DNA from: a virus
IMG/VR virus record: IMGVR_UViG_3300045988_079665
Strand: one strand, 5' to 3'
DNA: 64,000 nucleotides
Positions 22,964-32,505 of this stretch are shown here, piece after piece (within the stretch, counting starts at the first letter, position 1; each line of letters starts with the position of its first letter). The position numbers and the translations under genes were made by a program. A model generated the notes under the pieces. The model worked only from the letters and a program-made list of their open reading frames with translations. It did no database searches and was not told the origin of the DNA.

Positions 22964-24055
22964 ATGGCATACATGGCTTATAAATTTAGGATGTATCCCA
23001 ATACTGAACAGGAAAATCTTATAATAAAGACATTTGGTTGTGTTCGGTTTATTTATAATAAGATGCTTGAAGATAAAATAAAGTTTTATGAATGTACAAA
23101 GAAAAGATTAAATAATACTCCCGCACAATATAAAAAAGAATATCTTTGGTTAAGAGAAGTTGACGCTTTTGCTTTGTGCAACGCACAAATTCATTTGCAA
23201 GCAGCATATAATAATTTTTTTAAGAATCCAAAGAGCGGGTTTCCTAAATTTAAGAGTAAGAAAACGGGCAAGAATAGTTATACAACAAATAACCATTCGG
23301 AAAATATAAGGATTGTAGATAAAACTATTAAACTTCCGAAACTTGGAATGGTTAAAATAAAGCAACACAGAGAAATCAAGCAAAATCAAAAAATTAAGTC
23401 TGTTACCATCACAAGAAAACCATCTGGGAAATACTTTGTATCAATTTTAGTTGAATATAATATTGTTGAAAAGTCGGTAAAATTAAATAAGGAAAAATCG
23501 ATTGGACTTGATTATTCAAGTCATAGCTTTTACGTCGATAGCCAATGTGTAGAAGCAGATTATCCACGATTTTATCGAGCGTCTCAAGATCATTTGTCCA
23601 AAGAGCAAAGGAAGTTGGCTACAATGAAGAAAGGTAGCAACAATTATTATAAGCAAAAAGTAAAAATTGCTACTATTCAAGAAAAAATAGCAAACCAAAG
23701 AAAAGATTGGATGCACAAATTAAGTACAGAATTATCAAATAAGTACGATTATATTTGCGTTGAAGATATAAATTTACAACAAATGTCACAGCATTTAAAT
23801 CTTGGGAAATCTACATATGACAATGGATTTGGTATGTTTAGAGATATGCTTTTTTATAAATTAAAGCAAAGAGGGAAAAAGTTCATCAAGATTGATAAAT
23901 GGTATCCATCTAGTAAAATGTGTAGATATTGTGGCACGATAAATTCTAATTTAACTCTAAGCCAAAGAGTATGGACATGTGAATGTGGAAAAGTGCTTAA
24001 TAGGGATGAAAATGCAGCGATTAACATATTGAACGCTGGATTAAGTATGATATAA
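22964..24055 (+). CDS. tnpB: TnpB (OrfB) RNA-guided nuclease family protein
   Basis: AYKFRMYPN N-terminus; RuvC D (IGLDYS), E (CVEDINLQ), D (NRDENAAINI); zinc finger CRYCG...CECG. Confidence 0.85.
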   Translation: MAYMAYKFRMYPNTEQENLIIKTFGCVRFIYNKMLEDKIKFYECTKKRLNNTPAQYKKEYLWLREVDAFALCNAQIHLQAAYNNFFKNPKSGFPKFKSKKTGKNSYTTNNHSENIRIVDKTIKLPKLGMVKIKQHREIKQNQKIKSVTITRKPSGKYFVSILVEYNIVEKSVKLNKEKSIGLDYSSHSFYVDSQCVEADYPRFYRASQDHLSKEQRKLATMKKGSNNYYKQKVKIATIQEKIANQRKDWMHKLSTELSNKYDYICVEDINLQQMSQHLNLGKSTYDNGFGMFRDMLFYKLKQRGKKFIKIDKWYPSSKMCRYCGTINSNLTLSQRVWTCECGKVLNRDENAAINILNAGLSMI

Positions 24056-24150
24056 ATAAAAAATAACCGTAGGGGCTACGGAGTTAGCTTGTTGATACTT
24101 ATGCTTTAAGCATATTGAGCAAGAAATTTGTTGAAACACAAATAGCCCAC
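23930..24150 (+). ncRNA. presumed omega RNA (reRNA) of TnpB; boundaries not determined
   Basis: By analogy: overlaps the tnpB 3' end and the hairpin-rich right end. Confidence 0.35.
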
Positions 24151-24169
24151 TAGGGAAAGGACGATATAA

Positions 24170-24589
24170 TTGCATAAAAATAAATATCCTCGGCTAGGCA
24201 AAGCCGATATGAGCAAAGAGCTACGACGGCGCACAGGCGTTGATTCTAAAATCATTGAGCTAGTGTTAAGAAACTATCATGACATTATTCGTGAGACACT
24301 ACAACATGGCGTGGAATATTCTTTGCCAGATATTGGTGTTATTACATTCCGCGACCACCCACCAAAGCCAGCTGGCGAATATTGGAACGGATTCCAAAAG
24401 CGGCGTATGTACTATCCTGACAGAATGGGATATTATCGACTAGAGTTTAAGGCTGAGAAACATATGGCTAGTTATGTAAAAGCTGGTACATTGTATGGTA
24501 AAGGCCCGACAAAAGAAGAATGGGATGCTTGGGTATTAGAGAATTATCCTAATAATCCTAAGTTTGCTAAGGAAGAAGAAGATGGCTGA
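24170..24589 (+). CDS. divergent HU/IHF-fold DNA-binding protein (139 aa)
   Basis: MSKELRRRTGVDSKIIELVL...LPDIGVITFRDHPPKPAG...RLEFKA follows HU topology. Confidence 0.55.
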   Translation: MHKNKYPRLGKADMSKELRRRTGVDSKIIELVLRNYHDIIRETLQHGVEYSLPDIGVITFRDHPPKPAGEYWNGFQKRRMYYPDRMGYYRLEFKAEKHMASYVKAGTLYGKGPTKEEWDAWVLENYPNNPKFAKEEEDG

Positions 24590-25145
24590 ATATAATAAGC
24601 TGAATCAAGAATTTTATGCTTATGCTGGTGGATTGCTCAATGTATCGCCACAGACTGCCAAGAAATATTGGATGGGGTTTGTTGATACTATCATCCATAT
24701 TCTTCATTTTGATGGCAAATGCCAAATGCCAAGTGTAGGCACATTTACACTAGAAGAATTGCCTGAGCGTAGAGTAATGGCTAAGAATGAGCAGGGTGAA
24801 CTTGTTGAGCAAATTAACCCTGCTTGGTTTAAGATATTATACAAATATAATGAGGATTTTCTTAATAACGTAAATGGACGCGGCGTTACAAAGAAATATC
24901 GTAGGCGTGTTCGTGAACGTAAGTTGACACCAAATGATCTCAAGCTGATAACTCAAGCTGAAATGGAACGAACGGCAAAGCGAACATTAGAGCAAATGCA
25001 AAATGAGCGCATTGAGAAAGCAAAGCAACAGAGCTATGATGATTTTATCAATGTCATCAATCAGAAAAAAGAAGATTATGAACGGAAAAAGAAGGAAAAG
25101 GAACAGAAATTGAATGAATCTAATGAAGATACGACAAGCGACTGA
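24582..25145 (+). CDS. divergent HU/IHF-fold DNA-binding protein with Lys/Glu-rich tail
   Basis: ...MPSVGTFTLEELPERRVMAKNEQGELVEQINPAWFKILYKYN...; ATG 24582 overlaps the upstream stop. Confidence 0.55.
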   Translation: MAEYNKLNQEFYAYAGGLLNVSPQTAKKYWMGFVDTIIHILHFDGKCQMPSVGTFTLEELPERRVMAKNEQGELVEQINPAWFKILYKYNEDFLNNVNGRGVTKKYRRRVRERKLTPNDLKLITQAEMERTAKRTLEQMQNERIEKAKQQSYDDFINVINQKKEDYERKKKEKEQKLNESNEDTTSD

Positions 25146-26298
25146 GCTGCTAGATAGCAAATTGATTGACTTGCAAGAATGGACGGCTCGTTGTCTTGGT
25201 GAGGATTATAGGGGCGTCTGGTCAGAGGAATATTTACGTCGATGTGCTGTGTTTGTTCGCAATATGCTAAATGGCGCAGACGATTGTGAGTCAGACGAAA
25301 AAGACGCTGAGATTTTAGCCCAGCTTAAAGAAGCAAAAATTGAGTTAGAGAAAGAACGCAAGAAATTACAGAGCGAGAATATTCAGTATGTTCAAAATCA
25401 GAGACTTGACGCAAGAGCAGACTTGATTCAAGAAAAGATTGCTGAGTCGATTAAGAACCTTGAGCCGTTTACTATTCGTGAGTTTAACATTCTGCCGCAA
25501 ATGAATGTAAGTGGACTTCTTTGTATTTCTGACCTTCATGCTGGCTCGACCTATGAAATCAAGGGTGCATATAATGAAATTGTAAACAAGTACAATTTTG
25601 ATATTATGAGGGCGCGGCTTGATGGGTTGCTTAACAAGATGTGTAATGATGACAACTGCATCTGGATTGATGATATTACGGTTGCTGTGCTCGGTGACTG
25701 CGTAGAGAATATTTTACGTACATCTAGTTTAACTAAGCTAAGAGAGCCAGTTATTGATACGGTTATCAAGTTGTCTGAATATCTGGCTGATTGGTTTGTT
25801 GAGTTACATGACCGGCTTGAAATTCCTGTTAATGTGGTGATGGTTGGTGGTAACCATGATGTATGCCGCCCGTTGACATCTAAGCCACAGTTTGAGGAAG
25901 AAAATCTAGGTAAAATCATTGTATGGTATCTACAAGAGCGGTTAAAGTCAGTAGATGGAATTACAGTTGATGATTACACAGATTGTGCTATTAAATACAT
26001 TAAGAACAATGCAATCATGCTTCATCATGGGGATGGCGGCGATGTAACTGAGACAATGCGATATTTTGAAAATTTATATAATATTGACATTGATGAATGC
26101 TACGTTGGGCATCTACACCGACAAGAAATGAAGAATGCTGGTATTACTGAGTTAGGTGATAAACTGTGTTGGCGCGTTGGCTCGGTATGCGGTGTTGATG
26201 GATTTGCCAAGTCTATTCGTAAAGCATCAAGACCATCTTGTATGTTTACTACATATTCAGAAGATGGTGCAGAATGGCGTAAAACATTTTATCTTTAA
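25114..26298 (+). CDS. calcineurin-like metallophosphoesterase (SbcD/Mre11-like) with coiled-coil N-terminus
   Basis: ISDLHAGS, GDCVEN, GGNHD, HHGDGG, GHLH motifs in order. Confidence 0.75.
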   Translation: MNLMKIRQATELLDSKLIDLQEWTARCLGEDYRGVWSEEYLRRCAVFVRNMLNGADDCESDEKDAEILAQLKEAKIELEKERKKLQSENIQYVQNQRLDARADLIQEKIAESIKNLEPFTIREFNILPQMNVSGLLCISDLHAGSTYEIKGAYNEIVNKYNFDIMRARLDGLLNKMCNDDNCIWIDDITVAVLGDCVENILRTSSLTKLREPVIDTVIKLSEYLADWFVELHDRLEIPVNVVMVGGNHDVCRPLTSKPQFEEENLGKIIVWYLQERLKSVDGITVDDYTDCAIKYIKNNAIMLHHGDGGDVTETMRYFENLYNIDIDECYVGHLHRQEMKNAGITELGDKLCWRVGSVCGVDGFAKSIRKASRPSCMFTTYSEDGAEWRKTFYL

Positions 26299-26300
26299 TA

Positions 26301-26329
26301 TTGACAATCAATAGATTATGTGATATAAT
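26301..26329 (+). promoter_or_regulatory. consensus sigma-A promoter
   Basis: TTGACA-atcaatagattatgtga-TATAAT. Confidence 0.8.
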
Positions 26330-26335
26330 ACAACT

Positions 26336-27266
26336 ATGGAATTGCGGCTAATATCTGCGGAGTTAGCCTTGGCTTGGGGATGCGTCCTACAAGTCTCATA
26401 ATAGAGGAAAAGTCTGAACTCTTTTCGCCGTCACAAGACGGAATTTAGAACAATCGGTAGCGTCAGTTGCAAATGGCGCTACCAACTTAAATTGATTCAT
26501 TCTCTGCTAGGTGATAGCTATTTTAGCTGTGTTAATCATGCTTGTGGGGCGATTGACCCACCTAGTAGAGTTGGATATCTTCGCCGTGAATCTGCAATTC
26601 AGCAGAGCCTGATACGAGCGTGTCATATACTGTGGCGAGATATGACAATTTATCTCGTGTACCATGCGTACATGGAGTTTTCAGGGTCGTTTATGGCGGC
26701 TCTTGCAAAATCCTATCCTTGACGATAGGCGTATAGCAACAGGTGTGTTATACGAGCGTATGAAGCATAGAACCGGGTTGTCTTTCGGCAATATGTGGAC
26801 GTTAATCGAAGGTTTGCGGTATACCATATGGCAACAATGAAAACCGCATCGCCATTAGAACGATGCAAAGGCGAGATGTGATGGCATCTAATACCCATTG
26901 CACCATAATACCGAGCGACACGGTAAATATGTCGCACTTGTAAAATGATAAAACATAACAATGAGTGGCGCTCGATACCGGCATGCGCTTGATAAATACC
27001 GGACATTGATGAGTCCCTAGGCAAGGACAATAAACTACCTGTCGCTACTACTCATTGGCGGCTATGAATATCCGAAAGGAGGTCACTATTCTCTTGAATT
27101 ATCCACTGGTTTATCCGAAGCATAATTAAAGAAAGGATGGTGGTCAGAGCCAATCGGCTCATATCTACAATAAGCCCAACTCAATGGGAACTGTTGTTTA
27201 ACTGAATATTGAACCTTGACAAATACAAAGCAGCTGAGAGCAATCTTGGCTGCTTTGTCATATTTA
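26336..27266 (+). ncRNA. ~0.93 kb promoter-driven ORF-free structured RNA (candidate large ncRNA or late-operon leader)
   Basis: No credible ORF or RBS; >=10 local helices plus long-range AATGAGT/ACTCATT; higher GC; terminal hairpin. Confidence 0.5.
27226..27266 (+). terminator. hairpin CAAAGCAGC/GCTGCTTTG with T-rich tail
   Basis: 9-bp stem, 14-nt loop, then TCATATTTAT. Confidence 0.5.
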
Positions 27267-27300
27267 TAGGAAAGTAAACGGAACAGAAAGGAATGAGAAT

Positions 27301-28125
27301 ATGTTTTGCCCATATTGCGGCAAGGAAAAGCAAGACAGCCAATTCTATAAAAGCCCAATCAAAACGGGCGAATATATTAAGCCATGCAAATCATGCGTAA
27401 CTGAGATATATAAACAAGCTCTTGAATCTACTAAAGACCAAGGCGCGGCATTATGGTCAACTTGTATGCAGACTGGCATTCCCATGAGACGTGCTGAATA
27501 TACGGCTTGTCTTGATACGCTAGAAAAGGCGGCTAAAGGTAAAAAGCCTAGTCTATTTATGTTGTATCATACATACTTATCAACATCTCCTGATAAATTA
27601 ACAGGCGTATGGGATAGCGATATGGAGTTGTCTAATTTCAAGGATTTGGGCGATGTAGCTAAGGGTGAAACAGATGAAGTTGCGCTTAAAGCAAGATGGC
27701 GCAAACAATGGGGCGGTGACTATGAAGATGAGGACTGTCAATGGCTAGATGATATGTTCGATAGCTATACGGCAGATATATTTGAAATGGATACCGCTAT
27801 GGAAATGCGTTATCGTGATCTGTGTAAGCTAGAACTTGAACAGTATAAAAATGGTGTTAATAAAGACACTCAAGCACAGATCAAAACGTTAATGTCACTA
27901 CTTAAACTTGATGATTTTAAGAGTAATCAGAAGTCGGACGCGGAACGAGCATTTGAGAAACGTATAGCTTGGGTGGAATATACTAAACCATCTGAATGTG
28001 AAGATTTGACAAGATTCGTAGATATGGTTGGATATGAAAAGGACAAGGGTGAAAAGATGCGTAGCTTGCGCAACGCTGTTGCTGGCACTAGAGATTATCC
28101 AGCAATCCCGAAGGAGGAAGCATAA
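27301..28125 (+). CDS. putative terminase small subunit (position-based), N-terminal zinc ribbon
   Basis: Immediately upstream of and overlapping terL; CPYCG...C..C. Confidence 0.35.
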   Translation: MFCPYCGKEKQDSQFYKSPIKTGEYIKPCKSCVTEIYKQALESTKDQGAALWSTCMQTGIPMRRAEYTACLDTLEKAAKGKKPSLFMLYHTYLSTSPDKLTGVWDSDMELSNFKDLGDVAKGETDEVALKARWRKQWGGDYEDEDCQWLDDMFDSYTADIFEMDTAMEMRYRDLCKLELEQYKNGVNKDTQAQIKTLMSLLKLDDFKSNQKSDAERAFEKRIAWVEYTKPSECEDLTRFVDMVGYEKDKGEKMRSLRNAVAGTRDYPAIPKEEA

Positions 28126-29969
28126 TGCGCTCTAGGATGGGCGGTCTTAGAGAATCATTTAAGGCTGATAAACTTCGCGCCGTATCTGGCATATCTAAAA
28201 AAATAGATAGTGCCTTAGAAGATAACATCATAGAGTGGACAACTCTATTCAGACGAAATTGGGATATATTTGCTGAATTTTATCTAGGGATTCCATTAAA
28301 ACCATATCAGCGTCAGGCATTACATGAAATTGGTGTATCAGATGTGTACTTTTGGAGAGCAGGACGTGGCGGCGCAAAATCGTTTATTACTATGCTTGCG
28401 GCGGTCTGCAAGCTACTATTGTATCCAAACTGTCAGATAGTTATTACATCCTCTACTGTTGACCAAGCTAATAAGATGGTCAAAGAAAAGCTAGAGAAAG
28501 AATTGATAAAAAAGTTATCTCAACTACTTTTGCTTTATTATGAAAAAGACTGGATAAAAATAACAAAGCCGAACGATGGATATTATGTAGAGTGTACACT
28601 TAACAATTCGTCCATTACTGTTCTTGCCCCTGTTGAATCAGCTAGAGGTTCGCGTTCTAACTTTACCATATATGATGAGGTTGCCATTATGAAGAAAACG
28701 GCAATAGACCAAATCTTTGATGGGATGTTGTTTCCAAGGCAACCAAATTATTTAAGCAATCCTGCATATTCTGGAAACAAGAGATGGATAGAAGAATCTA
28801 AGAGTATATATCTAACATCATCTAAGTTCAAGTTCCAGTGGTGGTATAGATTGTGGTGCGATTGTGTAACAGGATATTATGTTGATAAGCGTACTAAATA
28901 TGGCATATTCGCAACTGACTTTTTTGATAATATAGAAAATGGCTTAAAAACATGGGGTGATTATCGTAGAGCTAAAAGGCAGAACGACGATATATCATTT
29001 AGGACAGAATACTTAAATGAAGCGATTGGCGAGTCAGAGGATTCTTTCTTTAGTCTTGAATCATTTAAGGAAAATCAAGTTATTACAGATGCGTTTTGCC
29101 CACCAAAACCGATGGATTTATTGGTTGCTAGTGAATTAGAAGATGACGAGAAAAAAGACGATGAAGTGCGCCTCATTGTATCTGACTTTGCTTGGACAAC
29201 AACTGGCAAAAAAGCAAACGAATCGGATAATAGCATTGCTATATGTATAAGAGCAAAGTGGAAAAAAGACCATTTTGATAAATATGTAGAATATATTGAA
29301 CTGCTACCAACGGCAGATGACGCAGATGGTTGTGCTGATAGGTTAAAAGAATTGTTTTGGTTGTATCAAGCAGACTATTTAGTGCCTGATGCTAGATCGG
29401 GTGGCGAAGCGGTTATGATAGCTTTATCTAAACCATATACCAATGAACGTTATTCGGCGTTCATCAATAATCATGGCCTAACTATGGCTGATAAAAAAGA
29501 ATATCATGTGGCTCGACCCGATAAGCTAGATTACTATAGAGCCAATGCAGTAGACCCAAATGCTTATCCTTGTATCATACCTATTGTTGGTAGTGAAACG
29601 CTCAATACGTCTTATTGGAAAGCAACTAAAATGTCACTTGAGAATAATCGTATAAAATTCTTGATAGGGATGAGCGATAAGCAAGATGTTATTGTTGAAA
29701 CTGGCGAATATTACAAATACACCGGCGAACAGATAGCAGATATACTTGCGCCTCATGGCAATACTGATTTGCTTATATCGGAGGCAGTTAATTTAACCAC
29801 CATATTCAAAGGCGAAAACATTAAACTGGAAGCGCCGAGAACAGGGCATCGTGACCGTATTGTTACATTAGCTATGGGTATTTTAATATGTGATTATATT
29901 GAAAATGAATGGAATAGACAGAATCATGCTGAAGAATATGATTTAGATGACATTCAATTAGTATATTGA
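28125..29969 (+). CDS. terL: terminase large subunit
   Basis: Walker A-like GRGGAKS, Walker B IYDEVA, C-terminal nuclease-like acidic motifs. Confidence 0.85.
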   Translation: MRSRMGGLRESFKADKLRAVSGISKKIDSALEDNIIEWTTLFRRNWDIFAEFYLGIPLKPYQRQALHEIGVSDVYFWRAGRGGAKSFITMLAAVCKLLLYPNCQIVITSSTVDQANKMVKEKLEKELIKKLSQLLLLYYEKDWIKITKPNDGYYVECTLNNSSITVLAPVESARGSRSNFTIYDEVAIMKKTAIDQIFDGMLFPRQPNYLSNPAYSGNKRWIEESKSIYLTSSKFKFQWWYRLWCDCVTGYYVDKRTKYGIFATDFFDNIENGLKTWGDYRRAKRQNDDISFRTEYLNEAIGESEDSFFSLESFKENQVITDAFCPPKPMDLLVASELEDDEKKDDEVRLIVSDFAWTTTGKKANESDNSIAICIRAKWKKDHFDKYVEYIELLPTADDADGCADRLKELFWLYQADYLVPDARSGGEAVMIALSKPYTNERYSAFINNHGLTMADKKEYHVARPDKLDYYRANAVDPNAYPCIIPIVGSETLNTSYWKATKMSLENNRIKFLIGMSDKQDVIVETGEYYKYTGEQIADILAPHGNTDLLISEAVNLTTIFKGENIKLEAPRTGHRDRIVTLAMGILICDYIENEWNRQNHAEEYDLDDIQLVY

Positions 29970-30213
29970 TATTTGCCTATGAAGCGGCTACTATGTTGGT
30001 GTGTGGCTGTGGAGGTGCTATTAGGGTTGTGTGGTGAATATACTCCAAGTTCCAACTTAGGCTTAATTGAAAGCTGAAAATAAAAACACTCAAAAATATC
30101 AAACGAGCGGATAGGGAGGACAAGTAGCTCAATGAACTTTGGCATACGTTAATGAAGTCCATAATCTAACCGCTCTAATATATAAACAATAAAACAAAGA
30201 AAGGAGGTTGAAG

Positions 30214-31788
30214 ATGCCAAAAAATAATGAAGATGTAAAGCTATCTAAAAATGACCTTCAAGACATTATTGATTTTAGTGCTGGCTTGATGGCGGTTGAT
30301 AATTTTTATTCACCATTTTTGAGCAATCAGCTATTGACCAATCTAAACAATAATCCACGCTTACCTAATGCAGAGGCGGTAAAAAAGGCGCTCAATGACT
30401 ACAAGAATAGTGGCGCTGATTTACAGGGGTTTGTAGAATTTGCATCAGCGTTTGATATGATTTTCAAGCGTACTTTATATTCTTATGCAAATGTGCTATC
30501 TTTCGACCTTCAGATAACCTGCAAAAACGCATATACAAAAGGCGACTATGAATCAGAGGAATATAAGAAAGACCGGCAAACAGTAGATAATTTCTTGACT
30601 AATTTTGACTACAAGAAAGAATTTTATAATGTTCTGCTAAACGTCCTAAAGCGTGACTCATATTTTACTTGGTTCAGAAAGACTAAGAGCGGCAATCGCG
30701 GCAAGATGAAGTATGCTCTACAAATTATGCCACAAGATTATTGTATGCTTACTGGATACTTTGAAAAAGGGTTGCTGTGGTCTTTTAATGTACTGTATTT
30801 TATGCAACCGGGCGTAGATATTGAGGGGTTTGACCCAAGTCTTAAAAAGACATATCTTGATGCGATTGAAAATGCGGAGCTAAATTATAAGCCGTCTGCA
30901 CCACTCGATAAACGTAATGGTAGTTATGCACTATGGGCAGATGTATCACCGCTTAATGGTGCTTATGCTTGGAAATTTTCCACAGACAACTTTGCTAACA
31001 ATCCATTCTTAGCACCATATGTAGCCAATGTTCTACGCAGTGATGAGGTTGGTGAGTTGCAATATAACAAAGACCTTATCTCTGCGGCTGGTATTTTAGC
31101 TGGTGAAATTAGACTATTTGATTCAGCCAAGTCAGGCACGAAGGCGAATCAATTTGCTATTGACCCGAAAACGCTTGGAGCATTTATGCAAAAGGCGGCT
31201 AATGGACTCAAGAATATTGCTAAACTGGCCGCTATGCCACTTGAGAATATCAAGTTTTTCCAATTTGAGGACAAGAACCCAAATAGCTATACAAATGAAC
31301 TAACTACAACAGCTGGTATTGGTACTGGTATTAGCCGTGTTATCTATTCATCTGATAAGATGAGCAATGCTGAGCTAGAGGCGGCGCTTAATGAGGTATA
31401 TCAGACTATGAAGCCAATGTATGCTCAGTTCAATAATTTCCTTGATTTCTATGTCAATCAAATGACTAGCAAATATAAGTTTAAGTTTGAGTTTGTTGGC
31501 TCTAACTATCAATTTGAGCGTGATGCCAGATTTGATAAGATGATGAAAATGGCTGATAAGGGACTTGTGCTCAATTCGTCCGCATGGGCTAGTGCTATTG
31601 GCATGAATCCTATTACATTCGATAGGATGCTTGCTGAGAGCAAATATACTGGATGGATTGACAAGTATTCAACGCTTATGTTAAATGCAAATACCACAGC
31701 GCAATCAAATGAAGGTGGCCGCCCCCGTCAGTCAGGAACATCACTTACTGAAAGCGGAGAGGCAAGCCGAGAAACATTAGAGGAATGA
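30214..31788 (+). CDS. portal protein (position- and size-based)
   Basis: 524 aa directly after terL; AAAGGAGGT RBS. Confidence 0.6.
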   Translation: MPKNNEDVKLSKNDLQDIIDFSAGLMAVDNFYSPFLSNQLLTNLNNNPRLPNAEAVKKALNDYKNSGADLQGFVEFASAFDMIFKRTLYSYANVLSFDLQITCKNAYTKGDYESEEYKKDRQTVDNFLTNFDYKKEFYNVLLNVLKRDSYFTWFRKTKSGNRGKMKYALQIMPQDYCMLTGYFEKGLLWSFNVLYFMQPGVDIEGFDPSLKKTYLDAIENAELNYKPSAPLDKRNGSYALWADVSPLNGAYAWKFSTDNFANNPFLAPYVANVLRSDEVGELQYNKDLISAAGILAGEIRLFDSAKSGTKANQFAIDPKTLGAFMQKAANGLKNIAKLAAMPLENIKFFQFEDKNPNSYTNELTTTAGIGTGISRVIYSSDKMSNAELEAALNEVYQTMKPMYAQFNNFLDFYVNQMTSKYKFKFEFVGSNYQFERDARFDKMMKMADKGLVLNSSAWASAIGMNPITFDRMLAESKYTGWIDKYSTLMLNANTTAQSNEGGRPRQSGTSLTESGEASRETLEE

Positions 31789-31792
31789 TATT

Positions 31793-32305
31793 ATGATGTT
31801 ATCAGAAAGAACAAGTGAAGCCCTAGATATTCTAGTTGGGCAGTATTTCCAGTTGAACCGCACATTCGACCGTTGCGTTTCGTGGATGGAAGTGAAATTT
31901 GCTATGCCAAATGCTGCAAATATTATCCATCACAAATTAGCGCATCTCTGGCCGCTTATGGCTGACACTGTAAGCGACTTTAAGCATCAGTGGAATATTG
32001 TAACATACTATCCTGAGACGCGCGGCGATAAACGCACATATGAGAATCTTGAGGATATGATGGGTACTATGCTTAGAGAAACATTAGATGTTTATGATGT
32101 TATTAAGCAGACATATTATATTGCTAAAGAAGAAAAAGATTTTAATGCCAATGTTATGCTACAAGAGCTTATGCAGGATATGAATAAAGTTGTAGCGCAG
32201 ATTATTCTATTGGATGATAAAGCCAAACAAATGTCAACAGAATATGATGAATACGACCGCCATATTGACAGTTGGGGCATTGTTGGCTTGGAGGATTATC
32301 AATGA
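31793..32305 (+). CDS. hypothetical helical protein (170 aa)
   Basis: ORF track. Confidence 0.75.
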   Translation: MMLSERTSEALDILVGQYFQLNRTFDRCVSWMEVKFAMPNAANIIHHKLAHLWPLMADTVSDFKHQWNIVTYYPETRGDKRTYENLEDMMGTMLRETLDVYDVIKQTYYIAKEEKDFNANVMLQELMQDMNKVVAQIILLDDKAKQMSTEYDEYDRHIDSWGIVGLEDYQ

Positions 32306-32481
32306 TTATCATTGGAATCCCCAAGAATCCAGAAGATTATTTCATTGCTGATGATGCGCTTGCATGGGAATTAGACAAGGCTGGCTTTTCAGCTAAATAT
32401 TTAGATGATGACGCGCATTATTATAAGCGTAATGCAAAATTGCTAAAATGGCTTGAAAAGAATGGAATAAAAGAAGGATAA
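32302..32481 (+). CDS. hypothetical protein (59 aa)
   Basis: ATGA overlap; internal Met of track ORF 32272..32481. Confidence 0.6.
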   Translation: MIIIGIPKNPEDYFIADDALAWELDKAGFSAKYLDDDAHYYKRNAKLLKWLEKNGIKEG

Positions 32482-32505
32482 TACGCTAGAAAGGAGGAGC
32501 TATGA

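Larger units (their letters stand above)
22880..24150 (+). mobile_element. IS200/IS605-family TnpB-only element (ends approximate)
   Basis: tnpB with left hairpin CCACAAtatgTTGTGG and right hairpins CCGTAGgggCTACGG, TATGCTttaAGCATA, ATTTGTtgaaacACAAAT; no tnpA. Confidence 0.55.

Noticed and set aside
27216-27244. TTGACA at 27216 as another promoter for the packaging genes
   Set aside because: The hexamer 17 nt downstream is AGCAAT with no TGN, so there is no acceptable -10. The TTGACA instead overlaps the foot of the hairpin.
26492-27358. Track ORFs 26492-26722 (+), 26713-27030 (-), 26802-26984 (-) and 27086-27358 (-) as genes
   Set aside because: They lie on mixed strands and overlap each other. 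They have no Shine-Dalgarno sequence, their composition is not protein-like, and one runs antisense into the terS start. The region is better explained as structured RNA.
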